Source of the DNA: Nitrospinales bacterium
GTDB lineage: Bacteria > Nitrospinota > Nitrospinia > Nitrospinales > VA-1
NCBI GenBank assembly: GCA_965223795.1
Contig: CBDCXL010000002.1
Span: forward strand, 2,496,001-2,560,000
Direction: 5' to 3'
Length of the DNA: 64,000 nt
Shown: piece by piece, positions 18,433 to 26,924 of the stretch
How positions within the stretch are numbered: the stretch's first letter is position 1
Layout: each line of letters begins with the position of its first letter
The notes under the pieces: generated by a model
Told to the model about the DNA's origin: nothing
Database searches by the model: none
The model's input: only the letters and a program-made list of their open reading frames with translations
Program-made: the position numbers and the translations under genes

Positions 18433-20003
18433 ATGGACCCGGAAAAAGTCAACTACCACTACTGCGAGGACCTGCCGACGACGCCGCTGAAGCCGGGCAC
18501 GCGCGTTCTGGTGACGGGCGCGAACGGCTATGTGGCGCACCGCCTGATCCCGGAACTGATCGAGCGCGGTTACACGGTGCGCTGCATGTTCCGCACCGCA
18601 CCATCCTGCCTCTGCTCAAGCATCCAAGAATTGAGAACGTGTTCGCGGACTGCCTGCGCGGCGAGGAACTGACGGCGGCTCTGGAAGGGGTGGAGTACGC
18701 CTATTACCTGATCCACAGCATGCGCGCGAGCAAAACCGAGTTTGTGGAGCGGGACAAGCTGGCGGCGTCCAACTTCCTGCATGCGGCGGAGCAGGCGAAG
18801 GTGAAGCGCATCATCTATCTGGGCGGGCTGGGGGAAACGAACGAGCGGTTGTCGCCGCACCTGAAAAGCCGCATGCAGGTGGGCGGCATCCTGTCCAGGG
18901 GCAGCATCCCGGTGATCCGCCTGCGCGCGGCGATCATCATCGGCACCGGCAGTGCGTCCTACGAACTGCTCAAGTCTTTGGTCAAGCACAACCGGATGAT
19001 TCCGTTTCTGCCGGAGTTCGATTCGAAATGCCAGCCCATTGCCATCCGCGACGTGATCAAGTACCTGGTCGGCGTCATGGAAATCGAAGGGCTGACCACG
19101 CGCGCCTACCACATCGGCTGCCAGGATGTATTGTGCTACACGGAGTTGATCCGCCGGGTCGCCAAAATGCTCGGCCGGCGCGTGCGCCTGTTCAATGTGT
19201 CCTGGGTTCCGCTGCCGGCGAACATGCTGTGCCAGGTCTACGCCTACTGGCTGCACCTGTTCAATTCGGTGCCGGTGAACATCGCCTCCCTGCTTCTGAG
19301 CAGCCTCAAGACCGATGTGGTGTGCACGGAAAACGACATCCGGAAAATCCTGCCGTTCGAAACGCTCGACTTCAACGCGGCGGTCGAGCGGGCGCAGCGC
19401 AAGGAAGCGCAGTCACGCGTGTACTCGCACTGGAGCGACGTGCCGCCGGAGGAGATGAGCGAGCTGCTGCCGATCTGCGAATACAACTCTTCGGAGTTCA
19501 TGGTCGATGAACATTTCACGGACATCCCGGTGAAACCGGAGGTGCTGTTTCCGGTGATCTGCCGCATCGGCGGCAATCACGGCTGGCTGCACGCCAACAT
19601 CCTGTGGGAGATCCGCGGCGCCGTCGACCGCATTCTGGGCGGGGTGGGGCTGTCGCGCGGGCGCCGGGACGACAACCAGCTTCGGGTGGGCGACTCGGTG
19701 GACTTCTGGCGGGTGGAAAAACTCGTTCCCAACCAGGAGCTTCTGCTGCGCGCGGAGATGAAATCGCCCGGCCTGTCCTGGCTGCAGTTCGAGCTCAGTC
19801 CGCAGAACCGGGATTCCACCCGTCTGACCCTGCGGGCGCACTTCATCCCGCAGCCGTTCTGGGGCAATCTGTACTGGATGGCGATGGGGAAATTCCACGA
19901 CTACATCTTCAAGGGAATGCTGGAATACTTCCACAAAGAATCGGCCAACGCCCAGGATCCGATGCAGGAAACGCCCGCCTACCGCGTTCCCGCCGTCAAG
20001 TGA
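18433..20003 (+). pseudogene. YbjT-like NAD(P)-binding SDR with DUF2867, frameshifted near 18595
   Basis: VLVTGANGYVA (frame of 18415-18672) continues in the frame of 18399-20003 (AYYLIHSM, RIIYLGGLG, CQPIAIRDV, RIGGNHGW, VGDSVDFWRVE); about one base missing in TTCCGCACCGCACC. Confidence 0.8.
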
Positions 20004-20018
20004 GCGTGCTCTAATTCT

Positions 20019-20483
20019 TCAGAGCGTCTTTTTATAGGGATTGGGTTTGTAGGGAGTGGACTTCCATTCGGTTTGGCGTTCGGGCGGTGATTTTCTCTGC
20101 TGCGGGCGGCGCTGCTTGAGGGGGACTTCCACTTCGAGTGCGTGAATGTGTTTGCGTTCGGCGTTGCCCTTGTAAGCCGGGTAGTGTCCGGTGATGATCT
20201 CTTTTTCGATCAGGTACTGCCAGGTGGGGTAATCCGGCAGGAAGCCTTTGTTGATGAGAGATTGAATGTGCTGCCTATTGGCGTAAAAGGGCAGGATGAG
20301 CCAGCCGACGCCCGCCGTGATCACGGTGAGGGCGAGGGACAGGAACGTCCAGGTGAACATCCCCTTATAGAGATACCAGAGGAAATTGAAGAACAGGCAG
20401 GGCCAGGAAAATCCTTCGCGGATTTTCCGCGGACGCCGGGTTCTGGGATGGTGCATTTTTCCTATGTGCCGGCTGTTCAACAC
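20019..20483 (-). CDS. DUF2628-like membrane protein
   Basis: GFSWPCLFFNFLWYLYKGM motif, TM segments, FYAN...LINKGF. Confidence 0.75.
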   Translation of the reverse strand: MLNSRHIGKMHHPRTRRPRKIREGFSWPCLFFNFLWYLYKGMFTWTFLSLALTVITAGVGWLILPFYANRQHIQSLINKGFLPDYPTWQYLIEKEIITGHYPAYKGNAERKHIHALEVEVPLKQRRPQQRKSPPERQTEWKSTPYKPNPYKKTL

Positions 20484-20672
20484 GAAGCACCAGAGTTTTG
20501 GTTCTTGGGGGGGAATGCTGCCGGTGAATTGCCAAGACCGTCGCTGCGGATTGCGAGGTAGTTCGGCACGGTTTGCGCGTCCTTTCGGTGTTCTGAAGTT
20601 CGATAGTACCCGACTTTTTTTCTCATTGAAACCCCGCTGTGCGTTAAATTGAATTGGCGGTTGTTATTGCGA

Positions 20673-21620
20673 TCATTCCGGGATCGAAAGCGCCGGGCCC
20701 AAGCGGATGATCGAGGATGCATAGATGTCTCCCAATTCCGGAAACACCTCCGGATGGGCGCAATACGCAAGGATTTCAATCGAGTCGAGGATCCTCGGGC
20801 CCGGCCGGTTGAAGTAGGCGTTGCCGTCCACCAGAAACACATTGCCGTTTTGCGTGGCCTTCCAGTTATCCCAGGGAGCGCAGGCCTTGAGCCGGTCCAG
20901 TTCGCGGATGGTCTGGCCGAGCTTGAAGCCGCAGGGCTTGACGATGACCACATCCGGGTTGATCGTGTCCAGCTCGCCGCGGTTCACGGTGCGCGCTTTT
21001 TCTCCTGCGGCGGCGAACAGGGCCTCGCCGCCGGCGATGCCGATCATTTCCGGCACCCACAGGCCGCCGACCATCACCGGGTCCATCCATTCCAGTGTCA
21101 GAATGCGCTTTTTTTCCTTCACCCCGTCGGCGTTCAGCGTGTCCTCGATGGCGGCGATGCGGCCGTCCACGGATTCCAGGAACCGCTCGCAGTCCTCCTG
21201 CCTGCCGAGAACCTCGGCGACGCGGCGGATGTCGTCCCAGATGTCCTTCAGCCGTTGCGGCCGAAGGGTGATGAGCCGGGTCTGTTCCCCCAGAACCTCG
21301 CGGCAGGCGGTTTCCACCTGGCCGAGGGGAACCGCGCAGACATCGCAGAGATCCTGGGTGATCACGAAGTCCGGGTTCAGGGTGTCGAGCAGGTCCAGGT
21401 CCAGATCGTACACCGACAGTGCCTGCCGGATCAGCGCCTCGACCGAATCGTGAATGCCGCGGCTGGTATCGCTGGCGTTGACTTTCGAAGCGGTGACCCT
21501 GGGAAGATGGGCGACTGTCGCGGGATAGTCGCATTCGTGGGAGATCCCCACCAGATACGATTTCAATCCCAGCTCACAAACCACTTCCGTGGCTGAGGGA
21601 AGCAGGCTGACCAGTCTCAT
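20673..21620 (-). CDS. BtuF-like / cobalamin-binding periplasmic-binding-fold protein (no signal peptide)
   Basis: MRLVSLLPSATE, VGISHECDYP, ITQDLCDVCAV, GLWVPEMI, DGNAYFNRPGPR. Confidence 0.85.
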   Translation of the reverse strand: MRLVSLLPSATEVVCELGLKSYLVGISHECDYPATVAHLPRVTASKVNASDTSRGIHDSVEALIRQALSVYDLDLDLLDTLNPDFVITQDLCDVCAVPLGQVETACREVLGEQTRLITLRPQRLKDIWDDIRRVAEVLGRQEDCERFLESVDGRIAAIEDTLNADGVKEKKRILTLEWMDPVMVGGLWVPEMIGIAGGEALFAAAGEKARTVNRGELDTINPDVVIVKPCGFKLGQTIRELDRLKACAPWDNWKATQNGNVFLVDGNAYFNRPGPRILDSIEILAYCAHPEVFPELGDIYASSIIRLGPALSIPE

Positions 21621-22003
21621 GGGTGCTCTATTCTCCAGACCGCTGCGGAGCCGTGTTTAATTTCACCTCTTGAGCGGCGGGCATGTGCGCTGTACAGCAG
21701 ATATGCGTGAATGCATTGTTTGAATTTATTTTATAACGCCTCCGGCATTCCGCCAGAGAAATTTTCAAAGAAATGACGTGGGTTTGGTGGTATAGATAAG
21801 AGAATTCCGTCTTTTTTAACGAAATGTGTGACGGGCGTCACATTTTCGGGGAAACGGTTTGCAGGAAAGAGAAAAACAGTGAAAACCACCCATCAGAGGG
21901 TGCCGGAGGAGGAGTCAGTAAAACATGATGGGTGGTTTTCACATTCTTTTATGAAACGGCGGCCGTTGCGGCGGCCGAACTCACATTCGTTGTCTTTTTT
22001 ACG

Positions 22004-22207
22004 TCACGCACTATTGCCTTCGATGAAAACCTGAGAACGATTGGCGAGGTTGTAACCGAGCGCCAGAATGATTTTGCGTTTGGTGTCGAGACGGCAATCC
22101 CCGCCATTTTCTATGCGGTGGATGGTCTGTACCGTGACCTCCGCCTTTCTCGCCAGTTCCGCTTTGCTCATCATTTTCGATTCCCTGATTTCGCGAACAT
22201 GGTTCAT
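22004..22207 (-). CDS. XRE-family HTH regulator, paralogue of 4593-4958
   Basis: MMSKAELARKAEVTVQTIHRIENG...CRLDTKRKIILALGY; AAGGAG RBS. Confidence 0.9.
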   Translation of the reverse strand: MNHVREIRESKMMSKAELARKAEVTVQTIHRIENGGDCRLDTKRKIILALGYNLANRSQVFIEGNSA

Positions 22208-22805
22208 CGCTCATCTCCTTCCCTGGAGTGTCGTCAACCTTAGCAAACGACTCAAGCGGCACCAGCCTGTGCCGGCTTCCTTTCCGGCGGTCAGTTCGTC
22301 ATGCAATCACGTTCCGCCGTCTGCGGGTAGCGCCCATCACTGGCAGAACCCGCATCGACCCACCCGCGACCCGGCGATCCAGCCGCAAACCGGACTGCAG
22401 GCGTGCCTCGAAAACAGATTTACATTAACCGATGGGCTCGAATGTACAAAATTACAAGTCCTTTGGCAACCATGAAATTGCCTTTTTTTACCTGTTAATT
22501 CTTAAAATTAAATAAATCAATATACTTATTATTATATTTTTTTTGCACTTCGTTTCTTGAAAATACCTATGATTAGACAGTGGTTGTAAATTTAGAAAAT
22601 ACGCATTGGTTTGGGGGCTTTAAGCTGAGCGTTTTGCGTGGTTTGGTTTTCCTGTAACAGGTGCTGTGAGTTTGAGGCGTCGCGGCGGGTTTGGGTCCTT
22701 TTCAGGCATGGGAGATGCGGAAAACCTGGGTTGCCGGTCTTCCCTGTGGTCGGATTGAGGAACCCGTAAAGCTGGATGACACTCCTTAAATAGCAAACTC
22801 TTTAA

Positions 22806-23179
22806 GGAAGCTTGGCCAAGCATAGCTTGGCGACCCTCCTTATGATCTTCTTATAGGGAAGTGCAGAACTTGTTCTGCCACCCGCTTATTAATTTTAATA
22901 TGGAGGCTTGGTCGAGCCAAGCTCGACACCCGCTCATAAAAAATTATAAAGGTGGCTTGGTCGAGCCAAGCTCGACACCCGCTCATAAAAAATTATAAAG
23001 GTGGCTTGGTCGAGCCAAGCTCGACCCGCTCATAAAAAATTATAAAGGTGGCTTGGCGAGCCAAGCTTCATAGGTGGCTTGGTCGAGCCAAGCTCGACAC
23101 CCGCTCATAAAAAATTATAAAGGTGGCTTGGTCGAGCCAAGCTCGACACCCGCTCATAAAAAATTATAAAGGTGGCTTG
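22806..23179. repeat. 49-bp tandem repeat array with hairpin-forming units
   Basis: Unit GGTGGCTTGGTCGAGCCAAGCTCGACACCCGCTCATAAAAAATTATAAA at 22902 (GGAGG start), 22951, 23000 (47 bp), 23047 (26-bp truncated), 23073, 23122, partial at 23171; diverged units at 22806 and 22856. Confidence 0.95.
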
Positions 23180-23298
23180 ACGAAATGCGGGTTTCCCCTT
23201 ATGTTTTAGGGGAGAACTCCATTGCAAGGCACTCAAATCCAGCGATTTGCGCGTCCTTTGGGAATCATGGACCTGAAACACGGAACCATCCTGAAACG

Positions 23299-24444
23299 AT
23301 GAAAATCTTATCTCCGATATTGATCTGGCTCACGGCTGTTTTCCTGGCGGGCTGCCCGCAGCCCAAGACGATGAAGAGAATGCCGCCGCTTTTCTTTCTC
23401 GGGTTCGCGCTCGACACCGGATTGGAACCGTCTTTTTTGATCACCGACGATTTCAACCGGGACAAAAAGCTGGATCTGATCGTGGCCAACAGCGGCGACC
23501 ACTCCTTTTCCTATTTCAAGGGCAACGGCGACGGCACGTTTCAGGATCAGCGGGTCTTCAAAACCGGGCACGACCCGATCTGCATCGTGGGATCGGATCT
23601 GAACAAGGACGGCTACCTGGATCTTGCGGTGCTGAACTATCAGGACCAGAACATCCAGATCTTTCTCAACACCCGGCTGGGAAGTTTTCAGAGGATCAAG
23701 ACCGAGCTCAAGCCGGGAAAAATTCCCATCAACCTGGAGGCGGGCGATCTCAACGGCGACGGATACCCGGACTTGGTGGTCACCATGCGCTACCACAAGG
23801 TGATGATCCTCATCGGCAAGGGGAACGGCCGTTTTTACGAGCCCAAGAAAGTTGCGGTCGGCGGCCAGCCGACGGCGATCGTCATGGGCGACTACAATCA
23901 CGATGACAAACGCGACGTGGCCGTCGCGCTCGCCGGTTCGGGCAACAAGGGCGTGCAGATCCTGTGGGGCAAGGGGGACGGGACATTCCGCGTCTCCAAG
24001 GTGTTCAAAGGCGGCGGCCAGCCGCTCACGCTCGCCAACCTCGATGTCAACAAGGACGGCTTCACCGATCTGGTGACGTCCAGCAACGTGCTGCACTCGA
24101 TGACCACCGTCATCAACAACGGCGATGAGACGTTCACCGCGCTCAAGGATTTCGCTTCCGGGAGCTTCCCCAAATTCGTCGCCGTTGCCGATTTCACCGG
24201 CGACGGCAACGCGGACCTGGCGGTGTCGAACGCGACGGACGATTTTGTCTCGGTTTCGCTCGGCAAAGGCGACGGCACGTTCACCTACCCGCCGATCTTT
24301 CACGGCGTCGACGAGTACCCGCAGGGCATCGCCACGGGCGATTTCAACAACGACGGGCTCATCGACCTTGCGGTCTCCTGCCGCGACGAAAAGATCATCG
24401 ACATCCTCATCAAAAAGAACATGGTCAACCCTGTTCCTTCCTGA
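23299..24444 (+). CDS. FG-GAP/VCBS repeat beta-propeller lipoprotein
   Basis: Lipobox-like FLAGC after ATG 23299; seven DxNxDGxxDL repeats with GxGDGTF. Confidence 0.9.
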   Translation: MKILSPILIWLTAVFLAGCPQPKTMKRMPPLFFLGFALDTGLEPSFLITDDFNRDKKLDLIVANSGDHSFSYFKGNGDGTFQDQRVFKTGHDPICIVGSDLNKDGYLDLAVLNYQDQNIQIFLNTRLGSFQRIKTELKPGKIPINLEAGDLNGDGYPDLVVTMRYHKVMILIGKGNGRFYEPKKVAVGGQPTAIVMGDYNHDDKRDVAVALAGSGNKGVQILWGKGDGTFRVSKVFKGGGQPLTLANLDVNKDGFTDLVTSSNVLHSMTTVINNGDETFTALKDFASGSFPKFVAVADFTGDGNADLAVSNATDDFVSVSLGKGDGTFTYPPIFHGVDEYPQGIATGDFNNDGLIDLAVSCRDEKIIDILIKKNMVNPVPS

Positions 24445-24526
24445 CTCCTGCCCGGAGGGGGAATAGAACCTTGTCTGACATCGGGAAAAGCTCGACCGGG
24501 TGCTTTCCCTTTTTTATTTTTTTCTT

Positions 24527-26293
24527 TTAAATTACCGATTCCGCTTCGGGTGTGAGTGCGAGTTCGATCACACCGCCTTCGGGCAGGACGCCGAGGATGC
24601 GGCGGGGGTTGACGTGTTGCGCGACTTCAAGCACGTTCTGGTAGCCGGGCAGGTGGTTGTTGGCCAGGGGCAGGAGCACGCAGTCGTAACTGCGTGAGCG
24701 CAATACCTCAAGAAGACCGGAGCCGATGCGTTCGATCGCAAAGAAGCCTTTGCCGTAACTGAAATATTCGTGCACACCGGGCAGGTTTTCGAATTCGCTG
24801 GCGACGTCCTGCTGGCCGAGGATGTCGAGAGAAGAGGGCGTCTCTCCGAGTGCGGCGAGAATGCTGTGGATCATCCACGGGCGGACGCAGCGCAGCAGCA
24901 ATACGTTCGCGCCTTGCGGGACGGCGCGGTTCAGTTCCGATGTGGTGGGGGAGAACGCCGCCGCTTCGAGCTTGCCTCTGTCGAACGCCGCCAGCGCCTC
25001 GCCGAACATGGCTTGAATGTCGTGTGCGGGGTAGTGCGGGTACTCGACGACCACGTGGCCGTTGCCGTCATAGTCCTGCCATCCGGCATTCGGGTTCAGG
25101 TACGCCGCGTCCACGCAGGCGTCGTAAAAATCGGTGCCGGGCTGCGGCGTGTTGATGGACACCTGGATTTCATCGAGCAGGCCCTGGCGTGTCAGCTCGT
25201 GGATCAGGTCCACGGTTTTCTGATCCTCGGCGCGGCTGGAACCCAGCCCGCCTATGCTGAAGGTGGCGTAGAAGGTGAGGCCGAGGTTCTTGCCGAACTT
25301 GAGGATCGAATGCAGTTTGTCGAGGTCGTGTTTCTTGCCCAGCGTCATCTTCTCGGCGACGCGGTCGCTCGCGGTCTCGATGCCGAAGCGGATCTTGTAG
25401 TATCCCGCCCGCGCCATTTCTTTCAGAGCTTCTTCATCCAGCGAAACGTATTCGCACAGCGCTTCGTATTTGAGCCCGTTCAGGCCAGCGGCGCGGATGG
25501 CGCGCGCCAGATCGATGTTGAAACTTTTTTTGATGTTGTGCACTTCCTCATCGAAGAACACGCCTTCCATCTCCGGGTACTTATCCTTGAGCGTTGCGAT
25601 CTCCTCGACGACGCTGTCGATGCGGCGCGACCGCCAGTTGAGCTCGTCGTAGTACAGCGTCGCCGCCGCGCAGAAGTTGCAACGGCGCGGGCATCCGCGC
25701 GAGGCGTACATCTGGATCTGGCGGTAGCGGCAGTTGGGCTCGTGGTAGTCGATGCGGCGGACGTCGTCGTCCTCGGGAAAGGGCAGAGCGTCCACGTCGA
25801 TGAGCGGTCCGCGGGCGTTGGGATAGACGCCGGGCAGGGTTTTCGGGTCCGCCCCGCGGATGAGATCGAGGACGATGAACTCGTACTCGCCGATCAGGAC
25901 GAAGTCGGCGACTTTGAGCACTTCCTCCGGTTTCGCCATCGGGTGCTGGCCGGTGAGCACGAGCTTTGTGCCCCAACGCTGTTTCGCGGCGGCGGCCAGG
26001 CGCAGGTCCGCAAAGATGGTGCGGGTCGAGCTTTCCAGGATCAGCCAGTCGGGTTTTTCCGGTTCCAGCGCGGCGAGGTAGGCGTCGTGATCCCAGCCTG
26101 CGAGCACGCCGTCGAGAAACTTGACGCGGTGGCCGGTTTCGCGTTTCAACAGCGCCGAGGTGTAGGCGAGCTGCCAGGGGTAGTAGCCGCAGTTGGTGAA
26201 GTTTTTCACGCCCAGCGACCAGCGCGAGGGCACGTGCACCATGTGGTGGCCGGTGCTGTCGATGCCGACGGAATTGGCGACGACGATGTTCAT
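24527..26293 (-). CDS. Cobalamin-binding radical SAM protein with C-terminal GT9-like domain
   Basis: B12-binding N-domain (YYPWQLAY...LTGQHP...IGEYE), ASRGCPRRCNFC, FFDEE, RFGIET, TPQPGT. Confidence 0.9.
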   Translation of the reverse strand: MNIVVANSVGIDSTGHHMVHVPSRWSLGVKNFTNCGYYPWQLAYTSALLKRETGHRVKFLDGVLAGWDHDAYLAALEPEKPDWLILESSTRTIFADLRLAAAAKQRWGTKLVLTGQHPMAKPEEVLKVADFVLIGEYEFIVLDLIRGADPKTLPGVYPNARGPLIDVDALPFPEDDDVRRIDYHEPNCRYRQIQMYASRGCPRRCNFCAAATLYYDELNWRSRRIDSVVEEIATLKDKYPEMEGVFFDEEVHNIKKSFNIDLARAIRAAGLNGLKYEALCEYVSLDEEALKEMARAGYYKIRFGIETASDRVAEKMTLGKKHDLDKLHSILKFGKNLGLTFYATFSIGGLGSSRAEDQKTVDLIHELTRQGLLDEIQVSINTPQPGTDFYDACVDAAYLNPNAGWQDYDGNGHVVVEYPHYPAHDIQAMFGEALAAFDRGKLEAAAFSPTTSELNRAVPQGANVLLLRCVRPWMIHSILAALGETPSSLDILGQQDVASEFENLPGVHEYFSYGKGFFAIERIGSGLLEVLRSRSYDCVLLPLANNHLPGYQNVLEVAQHVNPRRILGVLPEGGVIELALTPEAESVI

Positions 26294-26300
26294 CGGACGC

Positions 26301-26915
26301 TCATGCCTGTGTCAGCACTTTGGCCGCTTCGGATGCGGGGGTCTCGGTGCGCGCCTCCCGGGCGGGCGTGGCTGAGGGCGCCGGACGGCGCTGTGTGAGT
26401 GCGGCGGCTTTGCGGACGATCCATTCGAGGATGAGCCCCAGCGTGATGGCGGTGAACAACACGGCGGTGGCCAGGAGATTGAGCAGGACAAGAAAGAGGC
26501 GGGTGCGTTCGAGCAGCCATTTTTTAAGTACGCTTTTTCTGCTGAGCGGGACGTGCGCGCCGCGCGGGTTGTACCCGCGCACGGACTTGGCTCCGGAAGC
26601 CACCGCGAGCGCGTCGATGTTGGAATAGCCGAGGCCGTGATCGACGTTGTACAGCGCCACGGTGAGATCGAAATTGCGCGCGCGCAGTTTTTTGAGGTTG
26701 TCCCGGCCGTAGCTATATACGCTCATGCGGCGGTTTTGCCGGATGGTCAGCACGTCCTCGACCAGCGGGTCCCGGCGGGCGGTATCTTCCACGCCTTCAG
26801 GTACCAGAAGGGTGACCGTTGAATCCGGGAATTCCTCCTTCAATGCCTTAAGCGTCGGATTGAGAATGCGGGTGGCGGAACGGATGATGAGAATCTTTTT
26901 GCGCTCGGGCTGCAT
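26301..26915 (-). CDS. GT9 (heptosyltransferase-like) N-terminal Rossmann domain with C-terminal TM anchor
   Basis: KKILIIRS...LKALKEEFPDSTVTLL...PLVEDVL...LRARNFDL, then hydrophobic helix LFLVLLNLLATAVLFTAITLGLILEWI. Confidence 0.7.
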   Translation of the reverse strand: MQPERKKILIIRSATRILNPTLKALKEEFPDSTVTLLVPEGVEDTARRDPLVEDVLTIRQNRRMSVYSYGRDNLKKLRARNFDLTVALYNVDHGLGYSNIDALAVASGAKSVRGYNPRGAHVPLSRKSVLKKWLLERTRLFLVLLNLLATAVLFTAITLGLILEWIVRKAAALTQRRPAPSATPAREARTETPASEAAKVLTQA

Positions 26916-26924
26916 GCGGGTCCT

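Noticed and set aside
21620..21830. Cobalamin riboswitch upstream of the BtuF-like gene
   Set aside because: No B12-box or AGGGAA...GCCACTG...GGGAAG elements visible on the minus strand.
22902..23179. CRISPR array
   Set aside because: Units repeat along their whole length with no unique spacers, and there are no cas genes in the window.
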